Position numbers and translations under genes: made by a program. Positions 9,574 through 18,369 of a DNA stretch of 64,000 bases are shown in pieces; position 1 is the first letter of the stretch, and every line of letters starts with the position of its first letter. The notes below the pieces were generated by a model. The model searched no databases, was not told the DNA's origin, and worked only from the letters and a program-made list of their open reading frames with translations. Location: sequence record DRR378314_419. One strand, written 5' to 3'.

Positions 9574-11067
9574 ATGACATTAAATAAAGTACTTATTCTG
9601 AAGCTAAGCCTTCGGACACATAAAACCCTGGCCTGGATTGGCGGGCTTGGTATCTTCATCTATTTGATTTCTGCCTTAATGCACCCGTTAATGATTTGGA
9701 CGGGACCACGGGCGCAAAGTTTTTACCCGCCGCAATCGGCCTTCAAAGCCGAACACCTTGCGCGGATCCCAGATATCCTCAGCAGGCATGAAATTCAAAA
9801 GGCGGCGGTGATTAAAATGATCCCCACTGGAACGGGCCCCTTATTGCAAATTACGCTGAATAAGAAAGGCGAGCGAAAATATTTTGATCCGCAAACAGGG
9901 GCAGAAATTGCTGATTTCGATCAGGTGCAGGCCGAATGGTTGGCCCGGTATTATTCGGGTTTGAAAACCCCTGTTAAAGCAATAGAACTCATCACTGAAT
10001 TCTCCGACGATTATTCCTGGGTCAACAGACTATTACCTGTCTATAAGGTGATTTTTGAAACAGAAGATAACGCCCGGATTTATGTACATACCGAACTTGG
10101 TGCGATGGCGGGATATACCAACGATCGCAAGGCCATGTTGCAATGGATTTTTCAAAAATTTCATACCTGGAATTGGCTGGATAATCTGGAAGCGGCACGG
10201 TTGCTTGTCATCCTGGTTTTCATTGCTGGTATAATTGCCCTGCTGTTGAGCGGGTTAAGTTTTCTGATTTTGATGAAAAACCAGCGGAAACTTGGTGCCG
10301 GATGGCGACTGCATCGGACGATCGCCTATCTTGTGGTGGCACCTTTACTATGTCTTGCCATAAGCGGAACTATCCATCTCATCTTTTCTTCCCAGTCACA
10401 GAAAACCAATGGGCTGGAAATTCCAACACCGTTTGAGTTGGCTGGCGCAGAGTTTGATGACAATTTGTCCTGGTTACTTGCTTATAAAGACGTTCCCTTA
10501 AATGCAATCAGCCTGTTGCCTGATGGGGCCGGGGGATTTGTATACCGTCTTGGCATCCCGGCGCAAAATCAGGAGGCGGCTGATCGCCTCTCTCGATTTG
10601 ATGGACTTCCAAAGGAGCAGCCGGGCCATTATTACGACATATCCTCTGGCGCGTTGTCGGCGCTTGACGATCCTCTTTATGCCCGGCGGATCGTTGAACA
10701 AATAACAGCTGATTCGCCTGTCCAAATCCAGGAAATGAAGTTGATTACCCGATTTGGACCTGAATATGATTTTCGAAATAAGCGCCTCCCGGTCTGGAAA
10801 ATCACGCTCTCAGCGGGGCAAAGCACCTCTGTGTTCGTCGATCCGGCGACAGGGCAGGTTGTGGACCAAATGACAGCCCCTGAGAAGCTCGAAAGGTATA
10901 GCTTTTCCTATTTGCATAAATGGGATCCTCTAGTTACCGGAATTGGCAGAATTGGGCGGGATATAGTGGTTTTCGCTGTCTTGTTCATGTCATTTTTCTT
11001 ATCGATCGCTGGGGTTGTACTGCTGGTTAGAAAACCAACTCGGAAAAACCGGAAAAAAGCCGCTTAA
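9574..11067 (+). CDS. PepSY-associated TM-helix inner-membrane protein
   Basis: Conserved TM-adjacent His motifs (RTHKTLAW, KFHTWNW, RLHRTIA, YLHKWD) and duplicated PepSY-like segments (RLLPVYKV...YVHTELG; KRLPVWKI...FVDPATG). Confidence 0.85.
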   Translation: MTLNKVLILKLSLRTHKTLAWIGGLGIFIYLISALMHPLMIWTGPRAQSFYPPQSAFKAEHLARIPDILSRHEIQKAAVIKMIPTGTGPLLQITLNKKGERKYFDPQTGAEIADFDQVQAEWLARYYSGLKTPVKAIELITEFSDDYSWVNRLLPVYKVIFETEDNARIYVHTELGAMAGYTNDRKAMLQWIFQKFHTWNWLDNLEAARLLVILVFIAGIIALLLSGLSFLILMKNQRKLGAGWRLHRTIAYLVVAPLLCLAISGTIHLIFSSQSQKTNGLEIPTPFELAGAEFDDNLSWLLAYKDVPLNAISLLPDGAGGFVYRLGIPAQNQEAADRLSRFDGLPKEQPGHYYDISSGALSALDDPLYARRIVEQITADSPVQIQEMKLITRFGPEYDFRNKRLPVWKITLSAGQSTSVFVDPATGQVVDQMTAPEKLERYSFSYLHKWDPLVTGIGRIGRDIVVFAVLFMSFFLSIAGVVLLVRKPTRKNRKKAA

Positions 11068-11077
11068 CAGAGCTGAA

Positions 11078-11115
11078 AAACGGGATACCTAAAGTGGTAA
11101 TAAGGTGTCCCGTTT
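11078..11115 (+). terminator. Probable terminator hairpin
   Basis: AAACGGGATACCT / AGGTGTCCCGTTT inverted repeat just after the PepSY-TM stop. Confidence 0.65.
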
Positions 11116-11144
11116 CTGTATGTTCAAAAAATAATATTTAAAAC

Positions 11145-11162
11145 AAACAGTATTGACTGTTT
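11145..11162 (+). promoter_or_regulatory. Palindromic operator overlapping a TTGACT -35 element
   Basis: AAACAGT-attg-ACTGTTT upstream of the TRAP operon. A TetR gene lies in the same cluster. Confidence 0.55.
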
Positions 11163-11216
11163 TTAAATATGTAGCTACCTCTATGGACATCTAATAGCGA
11201 ACTGGGAGGTTCAATT

Positions 11217-12257
11217 ATGGGAACGCACGCTAAGGGAAAAAGACAGTTATTAAAGAATTTGGTTTTGGGAAGTGCATTGGCTGGAGTTATGCAGGTAACT
11301 TCTTTCGGAGGGTTTGTGGCAAACGCCAGCGCCGATGAGAGCTGGGATCTGGCCATTGCATATGGGGCAACAAGCATCCATGCAGAAGGGGACATGGTCT
11401 TTGCCAAAGCGCTTGAGGAATACAGTCAGGGAGAAATCAAGGTGACGGTCCACCCTGGCGGCGCGTTGGGGTACAAGTCTTCGGATCATTTTGATGCCGT
11501 TGGGGACGGAGCTGTGGAAATCGCCGATACACCCGCAGGTTTTATGGGCGGAATTGATGCCTTTACGTTGCTCTCATCTATTCCATTTCTGGTTAAAACT
11601 GTCGAAGACGCGCAGGTCCTGAAGGATGTCGCGTTTTCAGAGTATGACAAGTTTTTCGATCAAAACGGTCAAAAACTACTTTATGCGTCGCCGTGGCCGG
11701 CTTCGGGCATATGGTCAAAACAACCTGTACGGGAAGTAGCGAACCTGAAAGATCTGAAAATCCGGACTTACGATCCAGGGGGAACCAACACGTTCAAGGA
11801 AATCGGTGCGGCCCCCATTCAATTGGCCTGGTCTGATGTTGTCCCGCAATTGGCAACCGGTGGTATTTCATCTGTTCTGACCTCCGCCGAAGGCGGCGTC
11901 AGCCAGAAATTTGTCGAACACACACCGTATTTTACAGAGATCAACTACGCACTTCCGCTTAATTTCGTCCATATGAATAAAGCGGTCTTTGAGGGGCTGT
12001 CGCCAGAATTGCAGCAGGCTGTGGAAAAAGCGGCTACGGATGCATCAAAACGCAATTGGCAGGAAGTCATCAGCCGGACAAAACTCAATTATGACAAGGT
12101 TGAAAAGGATGGCGGCACTCTGATCCTGACAGGAACAGATGGTTTGCTTGATAGCCTGTCAACAGCGGGCCGGACTGCATTGAATGATTGGCTGAAGAAA
12201 ACGGGACCGCGCGGAGAGGCCATTATTGCCGAATACCGCAAAAGAACAGGCCGCTAA
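11217..12257 (+). CDS. dctP: TRAP transporter substrate-binding protein (DctP family)
   Basis: Signal peptide; VTVHPGGALG, SIPFL, SPWP, DLKIRTYD; followed by small and large TRAP permeases. Confidence 0.92.
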   Translation: MGTHAKGKRQLLKNLVLGSALAGVMQVTSFGGFVANASADESWDLAIAYGATSIHAEGDMVFAKALEEYSQGEIKVTVHPGGALGYKSSDHFDAVGDGAVEIADTPAGFMGGIDAFTLLSSIPFLVKTVEDAQVLKDVAFSEYDKFFDQNGQKLLYASPWPASGIWSKQPVREVANLKDLKIRTYDPGGTNTFKEIGAAPIQLAWSDVVPQLATGGISSVLTSAEGGVSQKFVEHTPYFTEINYALPLNFVHMNKAVFEGLSPELQQAVEKAATDASKRNWQEVISRTKLNYDKVEKDGGTLILTGTDGLLDSLSTAGRTALNDWLKKTGPRGEAIIAEYRKRTGR

Positions 12258-12342
12258 CGCGATATTCTGTTCAAATCCTTCCGCTGGGGGGGGCGGCATG
12301 ATCGCCTCCCACTCCACTTCACATAAATGAAAGGGAACCGCC

Positions 12343-12858
12343 ATGCCGGGTACGATTATCGATCGCCTGGGCCGGTGTGCCGCGCTTCTGGCCTGTTTGA
12401 TCCTTGTCCTGATGGTTTGTATGATCATGCTGGAAATCCTGCTGAGAAGCGCCTTTAACACCTCGACCTATGTGCTGGACGAATTCGTCGGATATGGTGT
12501 TGCAGCCATGACGTTTCTATCTTTTGCGGCAACATTGAAAGATGGCGTTTTTATTCGGGTTGAAATGGTTCTTTGCCGTTTGGGGCCTTCCCTGCGTCAT
12601 GGCGTTGAAATCGTCTCGTGCTTGATATCAGCTGGTGTCTTCTCTTTATTGACTTTCTATTTTGGCCGGCTCCTGATCCGCAATTTCGACCGCGGGATCG
12701 TCAGCAATTCCATCGCTGAAATCCCGCTTTGGATTCCGCAAAGTTTTGTCGTCGTGGGACTGGCTCTTCTGGTTTTACAATTCCTGTCCATGACAGTGTC
12801 CCTGATAAGGGGGCATGACCTGCACCATACAGCTGAGGCGGAGGTGAGCTATGACTGA
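12343..12858 (+). CDS. dctQ: TRAP small permease
   Basis: Four TM helices; FIRVE and IPLWIPQ motifs. Confidence 0.9.
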   Translation: MPGTIIDRLGRCAALLACLILVLMVCMIMLEILLRSAFNTSTYVLDEFVGYGVAAMTFLSFAATLKDGVFIRVEMVLCRLGPSLRHGVEIVSCLISAGVFSLLTFYFGRLLIRNFDRGIVSNSIAEIPLWIPQSFVVVGLALLVLQFLSMTVSLIRGHDLHHTAEAEVSYD

Positions 12859-14167
12859 ACTTGGTGTAGGTCTTGCCGTGTTGTGTCTGATTTTTCTGTT
12901 CCTGGGAAGTGGCGTCTGGGTCTTTATTGGCTTGATTTTGGTGTCTCTGACAACGCAGTTTTTCATTCTGGATTTCCCTGTCAGCCGGATTGGTTCAATT
13001 GCTTCCAAGATCATGCTGCGAAGCGCCAGCTCCTGGGAACTCGCGGCCATCCCCATGTTTATCTGGATGGGCGATATCATTTTTCGAACCGATATTTCAC
13101 AGCGATTATTTAAAGGACTGGCGCCTTTTGTCGCTCATATCCCTGGACGTCTTTTGCATGTGAATATTGTCGGATGTACGTTATTTGCAGCCGTTAGTGG
13201 ATCCAGTACGGCAACCACAGCCACTGTCGGCAAGATCTCTCTGGAGGAGCTTTCCAAACGCCAGTATGACCCTTTACTCTCTGTCGGGTCTCTTGCGGGG
13301 GCTGGTAGTTTGGGGCTTCTTATCCCTCCATCCATTGTGATGATCGTATATGGCATCCTGGCAGAAGTGTCTATCGTCTCGCTGTTTGCAGCAGGAGTTC
13401 TTCCTGGATTGATGGTTGCAGCGCTGTATTCAGGATATATCGCAATTCGGGCCGGACTGAACCCGGGATTGATTGCCACCGTGACGGAGGAAGACAAAAA
13501 GCCGATTGAGTTCAAAGACCTGCTCAATCTGCTGCCAATATTTATTTTAATTTTTGTTGTGTTGGGGGCAATCTATTCAGGCCTTGCAACACCGTCTGAA
13601 GCCGCCGCTATTGGGGTTGTTACCGCGATATTGATCGTCCTGGCAACTGGGCAAATGTCTACCTCTCTGATCACCGAGTCCTTGTATAATTCGGTGAAGA
13701 TGTCTGCCATGGTTGTCTCACTGGTCATTGCGGCGGCTCTTTTATCAACCACAATGGGCTATCTGCATTTGCCCCAGTCCATTGCCAATATGATCGGTGG
13801 ATTGGATCTATCCCCTTATGGGCTGATTTTCATGCTGGCTCTGTTTTATGTCCTGCTGGGATTATTCCTGGAGGGGATTTCCATCACGGTGATGAGCCTG
13901 CCGATTACGTTGCCGCTGATCATTCAGGCTGGATTTGACCCGATGTGGTTCGGAATTTTTCTGATCCTGATGGTGGAACTGGCGACAATCACGCCGCCAG
14001 TTGGGTTCAACCTGTTTGTGTTGCAGGGGCTCACCAATATGTCCATTAGCCGGGTTGCCCGCGCCGCCGCGCCGTTTTTTCTGCTGCTGTGCGTTGGCGT
14101 GATTATCCTCACCATCTTTCCCGAAATTGCCTTGTGGCTACCCCATTTCTTAAAAGGGGACGGCTGA
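12851..14167 (+). CDS. dctM: TRAP large permease
   Basis: LAAIPMFIWMG, FAAVSGSSTAT, LIPPSIVMIVYG, TPSEAAA, ITPPVGFNLFV. Confidence 0.95.
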   Translation: MTELGVGLAVLCLIFLFLGSGVWVFIGLILVSLTTQFFILDFPVSRIGSIASKIMLRSASSWELAAIPMFIWMGDIIFRTDISQRLFKGLAPFVAHIPGRLLHVNIVGCTLFAAVSGSSTATTATVGKISLEELSKRQYDPLLSVGSLAGAGSLGLLIPPSIVMIVYGILAEVSIVSLFAAGVLPGLMVAALYSGYIAIRAGLNPGLIATVTEEDKKPIEFKDLLNLLPIFILIFVVLGAIYSGLATPSEAAAIGVVTAILIVLATGQMSTSLITESLYNSVKMSAMVVSLVIAAALLSTTMGYLHLPQSIANMIGGLDLSPYGLIFMLALFYVLLGLFLEGISITVMSLPITLPLIIQAGFDPMWFGIFLILMVELATITPPVGFNLFVLQGLTNMSISRVARAAAPFFLLLCVGVIILTIFPEIALWLPHFLKGDG

Positions 14168-14643
14168 TGCAGGACGTTCTTCATCGATTGACAACAACGG
14201 TGACGGGGAATGAGCAGGTTTATCTTGCTGCGGATGAAGTGCTGCAGGATTTGATCGGTCATCGGCTGTTCACGGTCCTGCAGTATGAGCCAACCCGCAA
14301 TCTTGTCTCTCGCAGCTATAGTAGTGATCCGGACAATTTCCCCATCGGTGGAAGCAAGCCATTGGGGGACACACCATGGGGTCGCCAGGTGTTGCGGGAC
14401 GGGAAAACCCTTATTTCGACAACCCGAAAAGAGTTGCAGCAGGTTTATCCCGATTATGAGCTGATTTTCAGTTTGGGTCTGGGGTCTGCGGTGAACATCC
14501 CGGTAACCAGTGATGGGCGCGTTCTGGGCATGCTGAACCTGTTGCACGAAGAGTATTATTACACACCAGAGAAGCTGCAAAACGTGGATTTAATCGCTGA
14601 ATTGCTGGCAGGTTCCTTGAGCCGTCAGTCAAAGCCCGTATGA
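14167..14643 (+). CDS. Stand-alone GAF-domain protein
   Basis: ATG overlaps the dctM stop (TGATG). Motifs GHRLFTVL, RSYSSDPDNFPIGGSK and LGLGSAVNIPV...VLGMLNLLH. Confidence 0.82.
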   Translation: MQDVLHRLTTTVTGNEQVYLAADEVLQDLIGHRLFTVLQYEPTRNLVSRSYSSDPDNFPIGGSKPLGDTPWGRQVLRDGKTLISTTRKELQQVYPDYELIFSLGLGSAVNIPVTSDGRVLGMLNLLHEEYYYTPEKLQNVDLIAELLAGSLSRQSKPV

Positions 14644-14665
14644 GCAGAAAAGGAGTATATGAGTT

Positions 14666-15892
14666 ATGACAAGTCTGACACTGACCTTAATGAATGCCAA
14701 TCTACTTGATGTGCGTGAAGGGGCTCTCATAGGGCTGCATAACATCTATATCGAAGATGGCATCGTTCGTCAGGTGACAACTGGCAAAGCCACCGAAAGC
14801 GATCGGGTTATTGATCTTCAGGGGCGCACCTTGATGCCAGGACTTTGTGATGCTCATGTCCATGTTGTAGCCGCAACGGCCAGTTTTCCAGATCTTCAAA
14901 CCTGGTCACCCTCTTATGTTGCTGCCCGTGCGGGTCAGATCCTGTCGGGGATGATCAGCCGGGGATTTACAACGGTTCGCGATTGCGGCGGGGCTGATTA
15001 CGGGTTGGTCCGATCGGTCGAGGAAGGATATCTGATCGGTCCCCGGGTTTTGTTTTGTGGCCATGCCATTTCCCAAACTGGTGGTCATGGCGATATGCGC
15101 GGCCCTGGGGAGGATTGGGAGGCCTGTACCTGTTGTTCGGGGCTGGGGCGGGTCGTTGACGGCGTTCCTGAAGTGCGCAAAGGATGCCGGGATGAAATCC
15201 GAAAAGGCGCGCATTTCATCAAAATCATGGCGTCCGGCGGCGTTTCCTCTCCAACCGATCGAATTGGCAATACCCAGTTCTCGATGGACGAGCTTAGAGC
15301 CGCAGTGGAGGAGGCCGAAGCCGCTGAAACCTATGTGGCGGCACATGTGTATACCGCCCGCGCTACGCAGCGGGCTCTGGAATGTGGGGTGCGATCTATC
15401 GAGCATGGAAACCTGATGGATGAAGCCTGCATGGATTTAATGATCGAAAAAGGGGCCTATCTGGTTCCCACCATGTCCACTCATGAAGCCTTGAAGGAAG
15501 AGGGACTGCAAAATGGCTTGTCTAAATCCATGCATGACAAGGTCGATGCAGTGGTCGAGGCGGGATACCGAACCCATGCGCTTGCGGCACAGAAAGGCGT
15601 GAAAATGGTGTTCGGAACCGACCTTCTGGGGGCCATGCATGCTCATCAGTTGAACGAGTTCAGGATCCGCAGCCGGTTTCAAAAATCTGCTGATCTGATC
15701 CGATCCGCGACACTGACTGCGGCAGAACTTTTTCAGATGGAGGGGAAAATCGGTGAAGTCGTTGAAGGCGCTTTCGCTGATTTGATTGTCCTTGACGGGG
15801 ACCCTCTCGAAGATATTGGCGTTCTTCAGGATCCGGATCGGTATCTGAAGCTGGTGTTGAAAGAAGGGGAGATCTTTCGAAACGGATTATAG
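14666..15892 (+). CDS. Metal-dependent amidohydrolase (Xaa-Pro dipeptidase / imidazolonepropionase-like subfamily)
   Basis: MPGLCDAHVH, GFTTVRDCGG, QTGGHGD, IKIMASGGV, AAHVY, SIEHG, FGTD, ADLIVLDGDPLEDI. Confidence 0.9.
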   Translation: MTSLTLTLMNANLLDVREGALIGLHNIYIEDGIVRQVTTGKATESDRVIDLQGRTLMPGLCDAHVHVVAATASFPDLQTWSPSYVAARAGQILSGMISRGFTTVRDCGGADYGLVRSVEEGYLIGPRVLFCGHAISQTGGHGDMRGPGEDWEACTCCSGLGRVVDGVPEVRKGCRDEIRKGAHFIKIMASGGVSSPTDRIGNTQFSMDELRAAVEEAEAAETYVAAHVYTARATQRALECGVRSIEHGNLMDEACMDLMIEKGAYLVPTMSTHEALKEEGLQNGLSKSMHDKVDAVVEAGYRTHALAAQKGVKMVFGTDLLGAMHAHQLNEFRIRSRFQKSADLIRSATLTAAELFQMEGKIGEVVEGAFADLIVLDGDPLEDIGVLQDPDRYLKLVLKEGEIFRNGL

Positions 15893-15942
15893 GAACTCAA
15901 AGCTGCCGTGGGGGCGGTGTTATTTTAACGGAGGAGGGAGAC

Positions 15943-17082
15943 ATGAAAAATCTGGTGCGGGGCTTGGCCTCAATAATTGTGTTCGGCGGTCTTGGCAGCT
16001 TAACTGTCGGGACAGTGAGCGCCGAAGAGGTCAAAGCGAATATCTTTTTCCCGGCGCAACATCCACTTGCCAAGCATGGGTATGTGGAATGGGCCGACTC
16101 TTTGAAGGAATTATCAGCGGGTAAATTGTCAGCGCAGGTCTTTACGGGAACTGTCCTGTTGCCGCCGCGCTCCGGCATGGCGGGTATCCGCGATGGCATC
16201 GTAACGGTCGGTTATCATGCCGCAACTTACACGCCAGCGGAACTGCCGATCACCAACGCCATCCAGGAAATGGGGTTTAATTACAGTGACCCTCTGGTCA
16301 TGATCGCCGCTGCCACCGATTTCAATACAAGTCATCCAGATGCTCTGGCCCAATGGCAAAAGGCCGGTGTGGTGTTTACCGGTGGCTATAGCACACCGTC
16401 TTATAATCTGATGTGCCGAAGCCCCATCAAGTCTTTGGCTGATCTGAAGGGTAAAAGATTGCGAACAGCCGGAGCCGCTATGTCCCGTTGGGTTGAGGAA
16501 GTGGGCGCCGTTCCGGTAAATGTGCCGTCCAGTGAAATGTACCAGGGGGTAGAGAAAGGCACATTGGATTGCGCTGTTAATGTGGCCAATGACTTGAAAT
16601 CCAGAAGCTTATGGGATGTTGCCAAACACACCACAATGGCGCCGCTGGGGCTATATTGGTCTGGTCCTATGTGGGCCTTTAATGCCGGATACTGGCAGGA
16701 TATTTCACCAGAGACACGGGCGCTTTACTTCAGGGCAAATGCACGCGCCATGGCACGCTTATATGTGGGGTATAGAAACGCCGTGGACGAAGCCCTTGCT
16801 GAAGCCGCTGATCATGGTGTGACGGTTTATGAAGCACCTGAAGATATACTTCAATCTATTCGCAACTTTGCTAAGGCGAACCTGGCGGAAGTTTATAAAA
16901 AAGGGACGGAGAAATATGGCTTGGTGAATTCTGAGGCCGTTCTGACCGACTTTGATAAGACCGTCAAGAAATGGGAAGGGTTATTCGCGTCCGCAGATCG
17001 ACAGGATGCAAAAGCGCTTGAAAAGATAATCTACGACAATTTGTTTGCGCATCTTGATCCTGCGGGGTTTGGTGTCAATTGA
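15943..17082 (+). CDS. dctP: Second TRAP substrate-binding protein (DctP family)
   Basis: Signal peptide; ADLKGKRLR and EMYQGVEKGTLD; GGAGG RBS. Confidence 0.88.
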   Translation: MKNLVRGLASIIVFGGLGSLTVGTVSAEEVKANIFFPAQHPLAKHGYVEWADSLKELSAGKLSAQVFTGTVLLPPRSGMAGIRDGIVTVGYHAATYTPAELPITNAIQEMGFNYSDPLVMIAAATDFNTSHPDALAQWQKAGVVFTGGYSTPSYNLMCRSPIKSLADLKGKRLRTAGAAMSRWVEEVGAVPVNVPSSEMYQGVEKGTLDCAVNVANDLKSRSLWDVAKHTTMAPLGLYWSGPMWAFNAGYWQDISPETRALYFRANARAMARLYVGYRNAVDEALAEAADHGVTVYEAPEDILQSIRNFAKANLAEVYKKGTEKYGLVNSEAVLTDFDKTVKKWEGLFASADRQDAKALEKIIYDNLFAHLDPAGFGVN

Positions 17083-17187
17083 TCCAAATGGGGACTGTCA
17101 AATCCGTTGGTGCGGGTTTGGCTTTCCCATAACTTTCATGTTAATGATAATTTTGTACCGAAACCAATCTCTGACAATAAGATCATT

Positions 17188-17808
17188 ATGAACAGCATCG
17201 ATAAAAATAACAAACAGGCTATCCGGTCTTTTAAAATGCGCGAAAGAGTTTTAAACGCGACTCTTGACTGTATTCATGAAGATGGGATGCAACGGGCTTC
17301 GACAATCGAGATTGTCAAGCGTGCCGGTGTGTCCCGCGGGGCCATGCTACATCACTATCCAACAAAGGAATTGTTGATAGCCGCGGCTGTAGAAAAGTTA
17401 TTGGACGATGAAATTGCAATCATTCGCGGTGAAGCGGATGCCTATGCCCGCAAGGAAAAAACCATCGACGATTTCGTTGATTTCCTGTGGGAGCGATTTT
17501 CAGGCCGGTTGTTCATGGTGACAATGGATTTTCTATCCAGTGCCCGCACAGACGATAAACTGCGTCAGGCTGTCATTCCAGTAAGTCTGCACTTTCATGA
17601 CTCGCTAAATGACATCTGGAAGCAGTTTTTTCATTATAAAAAATCGTCTCCCGATAAGGTTCAGATTCTGTTGAATACAACCTTGTGTTTGATGCGCGGA
17701 ATGGCCGTTCAAACCGTTATTCGGGATGATGATGCCTATTATAATGGTATTCGCGCGGCGTGGAAGACGATTTTACATGACTTATTGGACGAGGAGGCGA
17801 CGGTCTGA
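17188..17808 (+). CDS. TetR/AcrR family transcriptional regulator
   Basis: HTH region RERVLNAT...ASTIEIVKRAGVSRGAMLHHYPTKELL. Confidence 0.93.
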   Translation: MNSIDKNNKQAIRSFKMRERVLNATLDCIHEDGMQRASTIEIVKRAGVSRGAMLHHYPTKELLIAAAVEKLLDDEIAIIRGEADAYARKEKTIDDFVDFLWERFSGRLFMVTMDFLSSARTDDKLRQAVIPVSLHFHDSLNDIWKQFFHYKKSSPDKVQILLNTTLCLMRGMAVQTVIRDDDAYYNGIRAAWKTILHDLLDEEATV

Positions 17809-17823
17809 TGGCGTATTCTCAAA

Positions 17824-18369
17824 ATGCAAAAAGACTTAGACCACCCAATTCCCTTTGATAGGTTAGTCCAGGGATTGTCCCGAAGCATGATGGTTCTGTG
17901 CTGTCTGTTTCTTGTCTTGATGATGGTGCATGTCGGTGCAGATATTGCGCTGAAACTGATCCTGAATGCCCCGATTAGCGGAACGCTGGAGACGGTTTCT
18001 TACTATTACATGGTGAGCCTGGTGTTTTTGGCACTGCCCTTTGTCGAGTTGAAGGGAGAACATGTCTCTGTTGATCTGTTTTTCCAAAAGTTTCCCCGAA
18101 AACTGAAGCGGGTGGTTTATAGCCTCGGAACGGTTTTGGCCGCGCTATATTATGGCATGTTTTGTTATGTCACCACCCTGGATGCGATTATCGCAACGGC
18201 CCAAAAAGAAACTGTGATGGCCAATTTCCTGTTTTATGTCTGGCCCAGCCGCTGGGCCCTTTCTCTGGGCAGCGGAATACTTGCGTTGATGCTTTTGCTC
18301 AATGCAGCGAAAGCCTGGTTGCAAGACAGGTTGCCAGAAGATGGCCAGGACGGGGAGGGATTGGTATGA
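17824..18369 (+). CDS. dctQ: TRAP small permease
   Basis: Four TM helices; PISGTLETVSYYYMV and EHVSVDL. Confidence 0.9.
   Translation: MQKDLDHPIPFDRLVQGLSRSMMVLCCLFLVLMMVHVGADIALKLILNAPISGTLETVSYYYMVSLVFLALPFVELKGEHVSVDLFFQKFPRKLKRVVYSLGTVLAALYYGMFCYVTTLDAIIATAQKETVMANFLFYVWPSRWALSLGSGILALMLLLNAAKAWLQDRLPEDGQDGEGLV

Noticed and set aside
12286-12293. G8 homopolymer as a phase-variation tract
   Set aside because: It is intergenic, short, and appears to be one arm of a GC-rich hairpin after the SBP gene.
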